From Cenarchaeum sp. (GTDB lineage Archaea > Thermoproteota > Nitrososphaeria > Nitrososphaerales > Nitrosopumilaceae), in the NCBI GenBank assembly GCA_965242695.1, contig CBDESU010000002.1, positions 832,001 to 896,000 on the forward strand: a DNA stretch of 64,000 nt, read 5' to 3'. Of the stretch, positions 41,812 to 51,366 are shown in pieces. The notes beneath the pieces are model-generated. The model was not told the DNA's origin and did no database searches. It saw only the letters and a list, made by a program, of their open reading frames with translations. Within the stretch, counting starts at the first letter, position 1. Each line of letters opens with the position of its first letter. The translations under genes and the position numbers were made by a program.

Positions 41812-42798
41812 ATGGCCAGGTACGTGCGGCGCCTGCAGCGCATCGGCAGCAGCACCATGGTGTCGCTGCCAAAGGCGTGGGTCGATGCGAACGGGCTTGC
41901 CAAGAACGACGAGGTCGAGGTGCAGACGGCGCGCAGCTCGGTGACGGTGGTGCCCGGCGCGGGCAGGCGGCCTGCGAGGGAGATCGACATAACGTACCCG
42001 CTGCCGCCGGACGAGAACGTGGCGGCCGACCTGACCGGCGCGTACCTGCTCGGGTACGACACGATACGCATCAGGGGCGAGGGGCCGATCCCGGCGGGCG
42101 AGCGCGAAAAGATCCGCGCGTCCCTGCGCAGGCTCGCCGGCATGGAGATCGTGGAGGAGGACTCGGCAGAGGTCGCCGTCCAGTTCATGCTCGATGCGGC
42201 CGCGGTGAACCCGCAAAAGATACTCCGGCAGATGGGGCGCATAGTGCAGGGCATGTACGCGGACACGCTCGCCGGGATGGCCGCCGGGGCAAAGCGCAGG
42301 TCTGACCTGCGCGCGATGGCCGACCGCGACGACGAGGTCGACCGGCAGTACTTTCTGCTCGTGAGGCTCATACGCAGCGCCGTGGCGGGGGGGAGGCCGG
42401 TCGGCGCGTTCGACCTAGAGGTGATAGACATACTCGACTACAGGGTGGCCGCAAACCTGCTGGAGGGGGCGGGCGACGCCGTGGTGGAGCTTGCGGCGGC
42501 GGTCCACGCGTCGGCGATCCCGCCGCCGGGGCTCAGGGAGCTGCACTCGGCCGCCTCGGGTCTCGAGGATGCGGGGCGGGGGGCCGTCGAGGCGTTCGTC
42601 GCAAACGACCGCCAGCGCGCCGTCGAGGCGATAGTGCGGCACAGGGAGTTTGCCGAAGGCGTGCGCGGGATAAAGGAGAGCCTGGAGGGCGGATCGGCCG
42701 ACGTGCCGGCCGGATACCTGGATATCGTGTTTGCGCTCGAGCGCGCGGGCCGGGCCTGGGCCGACATTGCCGACCTCGTAAAGCCGGTGTACTCGTAG
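41812..42798 (+). CDS. phoU: AbrB-PhoU phosphate uptake regulator
   Basis: RRLQ.IG.STMVSLPK.W, YLLGYD, DDEVDRQYFL..R. Confidence 0.9.
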   Translation: MARYVRRLQRIGSSTMVSLPKAWVDANGLAKNDEVEVQTARSSVTVVPGAGRRPAREIDITYPLPPDENVAADLTGAYLLGYDTIRIRGEGPIPAGEREKIRASLRRLAGMEIVEEDSAEVAVQFMLDAAAVNPQKILRQMGRIVQGMYADTLAGMAAGAKRRSDLRAMADRDDEVDRQYFLLVRLIRSAVAGGRPVGAFDLEVIDILDYRVAANLLEGAGDAVVELAAAVHASAIPPPGLRELHSAASGLEDAGRGAVEAFVANDRQRAVEAIVRHREFAEGVRGIKESLEGGSADVPAGYLDIVFALERAGRAWADIADLVKPVYS

Positions 42799-43174
42799 CG
42801 GCGGCCGCTGGCGCCGCGGACGCCCCGACATCTGGGCGGCGCTGGCTGGAGTAGGATGCGCAGGCGGTTGGGCCGCGGTTTGAATCCAGACGTTTCGGCA
42901 AGCGCGCGGGCAGGCGCATGGCGCGCGGCGCTTGCGCCCGCAGCAGCTGCTCCTTCTGCCCGCCGGCAATTGCCCTCTGGGTTTTCTAGGGATAATGCAG
43001 CGGGACGTGCCATACTGCCGTTTCAGTTCGCGGTTGACGGCGCCCCTGCCGTCTTGCCGGGCGAGGCCTGGCGCACCGCCTGCAGACTGCCTGTCCCTTC
43101 CAGCACCGTCGGTTCTCGCACTAGGACGCCGTCCACGCTTCCCGCAGGATGCTGCCGTCGTGCGCAGACATGGG

Positions 43175-43419
43175 GTCGCCGGCCCCTCCAATGTCCGCCC
43201 TCGGTGTCTCTCGGCCCTCTCGACCGACTCGACCTTCGTGTACGAGTCGCCGGCCCCTCCAATGTCCGCCCTCGGTGTCTCTCGGCCCTCTCGACCGACT
43301 CGACCTTCGTGTACGAGTCGCCGGCCCCTCCAATGTCCGCCCTCGGTGTCTCTCGGCCCTCTCGACCGACTCGACCTTCGTGTACGAGTCGCCGGCCCCT
43401 CCAATGTCCGCCCTCGGTG
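43175..43419. repeat. Perfect 71-bp tandem repeat, ~3.4 copies
   Basis: Units start at 43175, 43246, 43317 and 43388; no spacers. Confidence 0.95.
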
Positions 43420-43487
43420 ACTCCTAGACCGGCCAAGGTCGGATGGACCAAGGCACGATGAGCTGTGTTGACTGTGAGGATATTTTT

Positions 43488-43562
43488 ACGCCTAGTTGAC
43501 CAACTAAAATACCGCAAAGACAGGGCTGGACTGCGCTATACAGATTGGCCAAGGCGTATATA
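43488..43562 (+). promoter_or_regulatory. Upstream motif shared by both GHKL genes (copy 1)
   Basis: CGCCTAGTTGACC...CTATACAGATTGGCCAAGGCGTATA, similar to 48532-48603. Confidence 0.6.
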
Positions 43563-45304
43563 CCGGCACGAGGCCAGCCCCGCCCATGCCACGGCTCGCA
43601 TCCGCCCATGCGCCCGGCCGGCCGGCCGCGCCGGCCAAGGCCGGCGGGAAGATTGACATAACGCCGGACAAGTCGCTGATTCGGAAACTGGGGTCCACAG
43701 GGTACCGTACATACGAGGCCCTGTCCGAGCTCATCGACAACTCGATCGATGCCCGTATGCAGGGGCCGATCAACATCCGCATCACGCTAGACTACGCCGG
43801 TCAGTCCATTGCAGTCTCCGACGACGGTGTTGGAATGGGGCTCGGCGAGCTTAGGGACGCAATGACCATAGCCAAGGAGACCGACTATCCGCGCGGCAAG
43901 AAGCTCGGAATGTTTGGCCTGGGCATGAAGACGGCATGCTCGTTTCTGGGCAAGACGTTTGCAATAACCACGTCAAAGCCCGACGCCGATCTAGAGTATG
44001 CAATAGAGTACGACGAGGGCGCATGGGAGAAGAGGGCCTCGGCCGGCTGGAAGAACTTTCCATACTCGACACAGGCGAAGATCGACAAGCGCGCCCATGG
44101 GACAAGCATCGAGATTTCAAAACTCAAGGTCCCGCTCTACCAAGAGCAGACCACCATCTTTAAAAAACGCTTCGGGGAACGATACGCAGAGTACATGCGT
44201 GACAAGCAGGCGGCCATCACAATCAACAGCGTCAGCTGCGCGCCCGTGTCCCCCGTGCTTGAGAAGGGCAGCGCCAAGCACTTCAAGGTGAAGACGTCCG
44301 CGGGCATGTTGCCTGCGCAAATCGGACTGCTGCTCCGCCGATCAGTGGTGGGCAGCTACGGCATAGACCTCTACTACAAGGGCAGGCTGATCAAGGCGCA
44401 CACCAGGTTTGGGATCAGGGATCATCCGGAGGTGGCCAAGGTTGTCGGCAGGATATCGCTCGATCACGTACCTGTAAACTTTTACAAGACAGGCTACATC
44501 ACGGAGTCACGCGAATACAAGGAGGCAGAGGACGCGTTCAGGAGCCATCCCGCAGTAAGGGGCATGATCAAGGGGCAAAGGAGCGGCGCGCCGCGGGCGC
44601 CGGCCGACTCGCAGGCCACATACGACTACATTCTGGGCCGCACGGCCGAGCCCCCGCGCATAGATCCCAGGCTTGGTCGCGACGCGTCGAAAAGGCTCCT
44701 CGACTCCCTGAAGCCGCTCGATTTTGCGACGAGCGGGCTAAGCGTGAGGGTCGGGTATGACGGTGCGGGCGGCGACCTGTACACGGCGACCTTGAAGGGC
44801 AAGCGCCTAGAAGTGACCATAAACACGCGCAGCCCCCTCTTTGCCACGGTCAAGAACCCCCTCTATCTTGTGGCGATGGCCGTGACAGAGGCCAAGGCAA
44901 TGGCGGCCGGCGGAGCCGGCATGATGTCCTTTTTCAAGGAGAGAAACAGGGCCATGTCGTCGCTCATAGGCGGCTGGTCACGCGGCGCCGCTGCCGGCGC
45001 CGGGCGCCCCGCCGCCCCGCCCGATGCGAAAGAGTACCGCCTTGCGTCCGACTTGGAAGACCTGTACTCTTTCCTTAACATGCACTACCCCTTCAAGTTC
45101 ACGTTCAGCGGCCTGTCTACCCTGCTAGACTATACCCACAACGCGCTCGGGTACCCCTTCTACTCACTCTACACGGAAAAGTCCCAGGGGGGATACCTAC
45201 TCGATGCGATTTTCAAGTGCGGGGGCGACTATGCGCCGCTCCTTGATCCCGTCGGCGACGATCTCAAGATGTTCTTCAACCTGGCAAGCTCCAAGCCCAT
45301 AGTA

Positions 45305-46757
45305 TTGTTCACGTCATAAAGATTTGACTTATTTTACCCAAACTATTTGACGCGGTCAGGGTCTGCAAACAGTGGGATGTATTTTTTGGGCGACTTCGGT
45401 ACCGGTTGATCGCCGTATTTGCGGATTATATAATTCAACGCTCCTTCTTTACCATGTCGATTTTTTCTTCGCTTTATGTTTCGCCTGTATGCATACGGAC
45501 TTCTCAATAGATATTTCCAAAGGTTGAGGCGAGGGTTTAACATAGTGTTAAGGTATCTTAGTGTCTTCCGCCTCTTTTTTGTAATACTTGAAAAATATTC
45601 ATCATAGAACTCGGCAAGCTTGGTTTGGCGCCAATTTGCCTCCTGTAGACTCAAGTATGACGACCCCGGTGGAAGATAAAATATGATTATCATGTTTTCC
45701 ATCTTGTCAATGAAATCCTTTAGTTTCTTGGACTTGTGCCATCCTGCGTTGTCAGAGATCACCACGATTGGGCCGAATTCTTCGACCGCTTTTTTCAAAA
45801 GCTTGATGACACCATCAGTGTTGGCTGCGTCGTACATAACGTTGCAATGCCGAGCAACGCCATTTTTGTCGGGCTCGGTGGTCAGTCCCAGTGCGACACA
45901 CTTGGAACCCTCTCCAATGTAGGGCACCTTGACGGCCTCGCCCGGGGGCGACCAGTAGATCAGCTTGCCGTTCGCGTCTTGGTATACTATCATCTCGTCC
46001 TCGATCACCACTAGATAACCCTCTTTTTTGAGCGCCAAAATCTGGGGTAGGACCACTTTGCGCCAGTAGTAGACCTCGTGCGGTTCGGGCGATCCAACGT
46101 GTGCCTTCTCTGCCTTCTTTCCGGTCAGGCCTTCCTCGTGCAGTATGCGCAGGGCCTGCCTTTTGGACATTCTTAACTTGCACAGTTTGTACATTTCAGT
46201 GATAAGCTTGCGGGGGGTAATACGACCGCCGTTTTTCTTGATATTTTTGATCGCCTTTTTGACCAGTTTGCGATCATAAACGTGCGGTCGTCCCTGCCCG
46301 CCCTTATCGTACAGCCCGTTGACCCCCTTCAAGGTGAATCTTTTCATGTAATTTCTGACCGAACCTGTGGATACGCTTAGCTCTTCCGCGGTCATTTTGC
46401 AGGCCTTTGTTTTTTTCATTTTTGATTTTTTGATCTTTACGCGAACAGAATTAACAACTAGCATTCTTTTTAGAGCCCTTGGATCTTTCTCCACCTTGAT
46501 TGCTCTTTGGAGATTTCCTAACCTCATTGCCCGCCGACGCTCAGCGGGGTCTATTATATCTAGGCCTGCGTCCAAATGCCTAGAATGAAAAATTGAGTAT
46601 CAGCTTTTTAGTATAAATGATTAAAATCTATGGAATCAATTGATATCAAATCAAGTCCTGGGTGGAGTGTATGCAACCACATCGTCTGCAATCGATCGTT
46701 AATGGTTGATGGTTGGCTTGCTTCACAATTAGTGTCAAAACTTTATGTCCTAAACAA
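45305..46757 (-). mobile_element. IS630-family insertion sequence
   Basis: Imperfect inverted ends TTGTTCACGTCATAAAGATTTGAC / GTCAAAACTTTATGTCCTAAACAA; TA duplication at 45303-45304 and 46758-46759; much lower GC. Confidence 0.93.
45343..46575 (-). CDS. IS630 DDE transposase
   Basis: N-terminal HTH, IEDE, SDNAGWH, YLPPGS..L..QE.NW. Confidence 0.92.
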   Translation of the reverse strand: MDAGLDIIDPAERRRAMRLGNLQRAIKVEKDPRALKRMLVVNSVRVKIKKSKMKKTKACKMTAEELSVSTGSVRNYMKRFTLKGVNGLYDKGGQGRPHVYDRKLVKKAIKNIKKNGGRITPRKLITEMYKLCKLRMSKRQALRILHEEGLTGKKAEKAHVGSPEPHEVYYWRKVVLPQILALKKEGYLVVIEDEMIVYQDANGKLIYWSPPGEAVKVPYIGEGSKCVALGLTTEPDKNGVARHCNVMYDAANTDGVIKLLKKAVEEFGPIVVISDNAGWHKSKKLKDFIDKMENMIIIFYLPPGSSYLSLQEANWRQTKLAEFYDEYFSSITKKRRKTLRYLNTMLNPRLNLWKYLLRSPYAYRRNIKRRKNRHGKEGALNYIIRKYGDQPVPKSPKKYIPLFADPDRVK

Positions 46758-47004
46758 TAGTAGTGCGGGAATTCCCGCCAAGCGAGATAGCGGCGCCGCT
46801 GGCCCCGCCCGCACGGGCGTGGATGGACCTGTTCCGAGAGGCATCGCGCTACCGCATGCCCCTTGCCACCGAGGACCTGTCGTCCACGCTGGAGGGGCTG
46901 CGGGACAGGCGCCTGCTGGCCAAGGGCGATCTTCTGCCCGTCCTGAAGCGCCGCGGCAAGCAGGACATGGCAATGTCTATTATCGAGCAGGTGTTTGCGG
47001 CGCA

Positions 47005-48084
47005 ATGAAGCGCGTCTACGGCGGCATTCTAAACGCCGCATTCTTGCAGGGTGCGGCTTCGAGGGCGGGGCTCAGGGACGCATCGCTGCTTGAAGATTTT
47101 GTGATGGACTTTGAGCTGCACAGCATCATCGGCGGCAAGCTTGCCGTATGCCTGCGCGGCGGCATGGCCACCCCCTTCTACATCGATCGGGGGGCGGTGC
47201 GCCTCAGCAAGGACATCGATCTGTTCGTATTCGAGGAGTTGGAGGTTACTAGGGCGAAAGTGCGCGAGCTGGCAGCCGAACAGGCCGCTAGCGGCGTGGT
47301 GATCGAAGAGCAGGCGGCCAGCCCCAAGCTTGCCCACCTGCCGCTGCTACAGTACCGCATAAGGTACGACTCTGTCTCCGGCACCACCCGCGACATAAAG
47401 GCCGACCTTTTCTGCAGCCCCGAGCTGAAGGACATCCCCGTCACGACCCGCAAAAGCGGAGCCGATTTGAGGCACTTTGCGACAAGACACGAGGTGGTTC
47501 TGCTTGACCACCACGCACTGATTGCCGACAAGCTTACCTCTCTGTCAGAAAAGACGGTGGGGTACAGCGCTGCTAGGAGGAGGGAGTTCCACAAGCAGGT
47601 GTACGATATCGCCTCGCTCTTGCGGGCCCTGTCCCGCATTGATCCTCGAAAATTGATCGAAGCGTACAACCTTCTTGCGACCAGAAAGGGCGCGCCTTCG
47701 CCCGAAACGCCCGCGGGGCAATTTTCCCCCGCTGCAATAGTTGAGGATGTTGTGGAGACTATACTCCGGCTGTCCGACCTTGACAACGGTCGTCCTCTGC
47801 AGGGCTTTGCCAAGGGCTACGCCGAATTTCAGATGTACTATCTCGGTGACACGCCGCGTCACCCCTCGACGCAGTACACAGATGCGCTGCTGATAGCGTT
47901 GTTTGCAAAGCGACTGCTGGGAATGCTTAAGAACGAGCTCAGTCCAGAGTCAATGCAGGACCGCCACGACCAGACAGTTCGCATCATATTATCGCTGAAG
48001 GAACCGCATCTGGAAAAGGCGACCGCCAAGATTGTCAAGGACGCTATCAAAGCCAACGATCCGCTGCCCAATCGGTATGCCTGA
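47005..48084 (+). CDS. AbiEii/AbiGii-family nucleotidyltransferase toxin (359 aa)
   Basis: LRGGMA...RLSKDIDL, LIADKL, KQVYDI; ATG overlaps the TGA of the upstream gene (ATGA, 47005-47008). Confidence 0.85.
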   Translation: MKRVYGGILNAAFLQGAASRAGLRDASLLEDFVMDFELHSIIGGKLAVCLRGGMATPFYIDRGAVRLSKDIDLFVFEELEVTRAKVRELAAEQAASGVVIEEQAASPKLAHLPLLQYRIRYDSVSGTTRDIKADLFCSPELKDIPVTTRKSGADLRHFATRHEVVLLDHHALIADKLTSLSEKTVGYSAARRREFHKQVYDIASLLRALSRIDPRKLIEAYNLLATRKGAPSPETPAGQFSPAAIVEDVVETILRLSDLDNGRPLQGFAKGYAEFQMYYLGDTPRHPSTQYTDALLIALFAKRLLGMLKNELSPESMQDRHDQTVRIILSLKEPHLEKATAKIVKDAIKANDPLPNRYA

Positions 48085-48531
48085 ATGCATCCCTCCGTTG
48101 CCTACCTGACCCACTTGATTAGAACCGAATGACAATATGGCCACAACACGAGCGCCTGCTTTTGCCGCGCACTGCCACATGTCGCCGCGCACTGCCGCCT
48201 GTCGGGGTCTTGCATTGGCGACGTGGACACGCAGCACAGCCGGCGCATTCCGAAACCAACGCCGCAGAACGAGCCAGTAAACGGGACATTTGTTGGACGG
48301 TATGGCAGTGCATGATCGCAGAGTTGCCCGATCGACGACGGGCGGATCAGGCGTGCCATTCTCGAGGCCCCGTGCCATCCGTCCTGCAACTCCCTGCCTG
48401 CGCAGATGCGCGACGGTTCGCGTCCTTGAGCATGCAGCCGGGCGCCTCGACGTCATAGCCGAGCGGTTGCCTGTCCTGCGAGGACTGCAACACGGCAGTC
48501 TGCATGCCACGCGTCCCGACACGGCATCATG

Positions 48532-48603
48532 CGCCTAGTTGACCGACCATGATGCTGCAAAAAATGGACAAAAATGCACTATACAGATTGTCCAAACTGT
48601 ATA
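48532..48603 (+). promoter_or_regulatory. Upstream motif shared by both GHKL genes (copy 2), with inverted repeat
   Basis: CGCCTAGTTGACC...TATACAG-N10-CTGTATA (48580-48603). Confidence 0.6.
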
Positions 48604-48791
48604 GGGCCGTTCACTGTACCGCCGTGCAGGACAGGCCTAGCACGACTGCGAGCGGCCCCTCCCGGCGGAGTCGTCGCTAGGCCTTGGCCGGGCCGTTGCT
48701 ATAGTGTTTTGTCAACTTGTAAATGCAAAATTTCCTTAAAATTGCACCAATGGTTGATAAACCATATATGCTAGAGCTGGCGCGCCCGGCC

Positions 48792-50825
48792 ATGGGCGGC
48801 AAAGAGAGGGCCGCCCCTGCGCGCACCGCCAGCAGGCGCCCCGCCAAGCCGCCGCCAGGGCCTGCGGTTTCGCAGAAAGCGGGCCGGCCGGCCGCCAGCG
48901 GGCGCCTTGACATTACACCGGACAAGTCGCTGATCAGAAAGCTCGGCTCGACCGGCTACCGCACCTACGATGCGATATCCGAGCTGGTCGACAACTCGAT
49001 TGATGCGCGGGGTGGGCGCAAAGTCGTCGTCAGAGTGTCTATCGACTACGCTGGCGGCTCAATAGGCGTCGAGGACGACGGATTGGGCATGGGCCTTGCC
49101 GAGCTAAAGGATGCCATGACGGTGGCCAAGGAGTCGGCGCACCCGCGAGGCAGGCGCCTCGGCATGTTTGGACTCGGCATGAAGACGGCCTGCTCGTTTC
49201 TGGGACGCTCGTTCTCGGTCGCCACATCAAAGGCCGGCTCCGGCACCGAGTACATCGTCGAGTACGACGAAGACGACTGGGAGGGAAACGAGTCGGTCGG
49301 ATGGCGGAGCTTTCCGTATACGGCGCGCAAAAAATCGGATCCGGCCGCCCACGGCACGCGCGTGCTCATAGGCAAGGTGCGCGTTCCGGTCTACGCAGAG
49401 CAGACCACCGTCTTCAAGAAGCGGCTGGGGGAAAGATACGCCGGGTACGTGCAGCAGGGGCAGGCCGAAATCCGCATCAACAGTGTCGTGTGCGAGCCGG
49501 TGTCGCACAAGCTGGCAGACGGCAGCGTCCGCGAGTTTGAGATCAAGACGTCGGCCGGGCCGATGCCGGCATGGATCGGCATGCTCGAGCGCAGATCGGT
49601 GGTGGGGAGCTACGGAATAGACCTGTACTACAGGAACCGCCTGATCAAGCTGCACTCAAAGTTCGGCATCAGGCGCCACCCCGACATGGCGCGGATCGTC
49701 GGCCGGATCTCGCTCGACCACGTTCCCATAAACTTCCACAAGACGGACTTTATCGTAGAGTCGGCCGAGTATGCCGAGGCCGAGAGGGCGTTCAGGGAGC
49801 ATCCCGCAGTGAAGGAGGCGGCGAAGGCGCAAAGGCAGGGCAGCGGCGTCGAGGATGCCGCTCCCGCCGCCGGGGTGTACGACTACCTGCTTGGCAGGAC
49901 GGACGACCCTGCCCCAATCGCACTGCGGATGGGGCGGGCCGCATCGCAACGGCTGCTCGGCGCCCTGCGCCCCGCTAGGTTCAGGGTGGGCGGCAGGACG
50001 GTGCGCATCGACTATGCGGACTCGGGCGGGGCCCCGTATGCAGTAGAGATGCGCGGCTCCGCAGTCAGGGTCACCGTCAACAGGAAAAGCCGGTTGTTCT
50101 CGGCGGTGGCCAACCCCTTGTACCTTGTCGCCCTTGCCGTGGCGGAGGCCAGGGCGCTGTGCACCGCCGAGGGGGACATGGGAGACTTTCTAGGCGAGAG
50201 GTCGCGAATCTGGACCTGCTCCATGGAGGGATGGATTCCCGCGAAGCAAGAGGCAGTAGCAGGGAGCCGGCGGCAGCGGCGCAGGGCCGCGCTCGACGGG
50301 TACCGCCTTTCCCGCCGACTCGAAGGCCTCGGGTCGTTCCTGGAGAGGCGGTACGAGTTTGTCTTCGAGTTCAGCGGCCTCAGCACCCTAGAAGCGTACA
50401 CGCACAACGTGCTTGGCACCCCAATCTATTCTCTGTACACCGAAAAGGGCCAGGCCAAGTATCTGCGCGACTTGGTGATGGAGCACGACAACGCCATTGT
50501 CCCCGTTGTTGGGCCGAACGGTGACGGTATGGGGACGCTGCTTGATGCGAACCGCGGCCGACCGTTTGTGGCCATACGAGAATACGCCAAGGGGAGCCTC
50601 CGGCGCGGCCTGGCCGCGCCGGCAAAGGCGTGGATGGACCTGCTCAGGGAGGTGCGCTACCACCACATGCCGATGCTGGATGAGGATCTTGCCGCGATCC
50701 TGCTGCGGCTCAGGGAGCGAGGACTAGCGAGTATATCCGAGCTGGAGGCCGTGGCCAGAAGGCGCGGCAAGATCTCCGACCTGCGCGAGTTCGCCGACGA
50801 TGTGTTCGGCCGGGAGCTGGGCTAG
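48792..50825 (+). CDS. MORC-like GHKL ATPase with AbiEi-like C-terminus (paralog 2, intact)
   Basis: ELVDNSIDA, DDGLGM, GMFGLGMK, HGT, GIDLYY.NRLI; C-terminal FSGLSTL..YTHN and APAKAWMDL. Confidence 0.88.
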   Translation: MGGKERAAPARTASRRPAKPPPGPAVSQKAGRPAASGRLDITPDKSLIRKLGSTGYRTYDAISELVDNSIDARGGRKVVVRVSIDYAGGSIGVEDDGLGMGLAELKDAMTVAKESAHPRGRRLGMFGLGMKTACSFLGRSFSVATSKAGSGTEYIVEYDEDDWEGNESVGWRSFPYTARKKSDPAAHGTRVLIGKVRVPVYAEQTTVFKKRLGERYAGYVQQGQAEIRINSVVCEPVSHKLADGSVREFEIKTSAGPMPAWIGMLERRSVVGSYGIDLYYRNRLIKLHSKFGIRRHPDMARIVGRISLDHVPINFHKTDFIVESAEYAEAERAFREHPAVKEAAKAQRQGSGVEDAAPAAGVYDYLLGRTDDPAPIALRMGRAASQRLLGALRPARFRVGGRTVRIDYADSGGAPYAVEMRGSAVRVTVNRKSRLFSAVANPLYLVALAVAEARALCTAEGDMGDFLGERSRIWTCSMEGWIPAKQEAVAGSRRQRRRAALDGYRLSRRLEGLGSFLERRYEFVFEFSGLSTLEAYTHNVLGTPIYSLYTEKGQAKYLRDLVMEHDNAIVPVVGPNGDGMGTLLDANRGRPFVAIREYAKGSLRRGLAAPAKAWMDLLREVRYHHMPMLDEDLAAILLRLRERGLASISELEAVARRRGKISDLREFADDVFGRELG

Positions 50826-51340
50826 CCGCGCGGCCGGCCGCCCCTTGCCGCGTACGTCAGCACGGAGCAGATCGTCTTGGAGTCTTTGATCCGGCCCGTC
50901 CTTATCATCGACATCAACCTGTCTAGGCCCATCCGCACGACCGTGATCTTCTCGTCGTCGTCGGGGTTGCTCGGCGCCGGCCTCAGCCCCGTGGCGACGT
51001 AGCAGTGTATGATCTCGGTGTTGTACCCGATCGACGGGTAGAACGAGAGCAGGCGGGACATTCTCGAGGCCCTGTACCCCGTCTCCTCCTGCAGCTCCCT
51101 GATCGCGCACTCGCGCGGCTTCTCGCCCCTCTCGAGCGTGCCGGCGGGCACCTCGAGCGCCTCGCCGTGCGGGTACCTGTCCTGCCTGACGAGGACGACC
51201 CTGCCGTCCCCGTCGAACGGCAGCACGGCCGCCGCGCCCGGGTGCTCGACTATCTCGCGCGTGGCCGCGCGGCCGCCGACCCTGATGTTGTGGACGCTCA
51301 GGCCGACGATCCTGCCCCTGTAGATTCTCTTTGATGCCGT
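50822..51340 (-). CDS. NUDIX hydrolase (ADP-ribose pyrophosphatase type)
   Basis: REIVEHPGA, EVPAGTLERGE.P.ECAIRELQEETG, IKDSKT; no canonical start at the expected place (ACG at 51340). Confidence 0.88.
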   Translation of the reverse strand, partial: TASKRIYRGRIVGLSVHNIRVGGRAATREIVEHPGAAAVLPFDGDGRVVLVRQDRYPHGEALEVPAGTLERGEKPRECAIRELQEETGYRASRMSRLLSFYPSIGYNTEIIHCYVATGLRPAPSNPDDDEKITVVRMGLDRLMSMIRTGRIKDSKTICSVLTYAARGGRPRG

Positions 51341-51366
51341 GCCGCGCCGGCCGCCGGCGCGTATAA

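Larger units (their letters stand above)
43586..47008 (+). pseudogene. MORC-like GHKL ATPase with AbiEi-like C-terminus (paralog 1, 655 aa when rejoined), split by IS630
   Basis: ELIDNSIDA, DDGVGM, GMFGLGMK, HGT. Removing 45305-46759 fuses KPIV|VVREF...APPARAWMDL in frame, collinear with paralog 2. Confidence 0.85.

Noticed and set aside
43175-43419. CRISPR array
   Set aside because: Units are identical end to end with no variable spacers, and there are no cas genes in the window.
46630-47004. 125-aa N-terminal extension of the nucleotidyltransferase (484-aa ORF call)
   Set aside because: It starts inside the IS630 end and overlaps the displaced C-terminus of the GHKL gene; ATG 47005 in an ATGA overlap is the better start.
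48085-48530. Additional gene between the toxin and GHKL paralog 2
   Set aside because: Only short ORFs without recognisable motifs; possibly a decayed fragment, but no call can be supported.
43586-50825. DNA gyrase B, MutL, Hsp90 or topoisomerase VI-B
   Set aside because: The GHKL core is shared, but the TOPRIM, MutL, Hsp90 and TopoVI-B C-terminal regions are not recognisable, and the context is an accessory island with a toxin.
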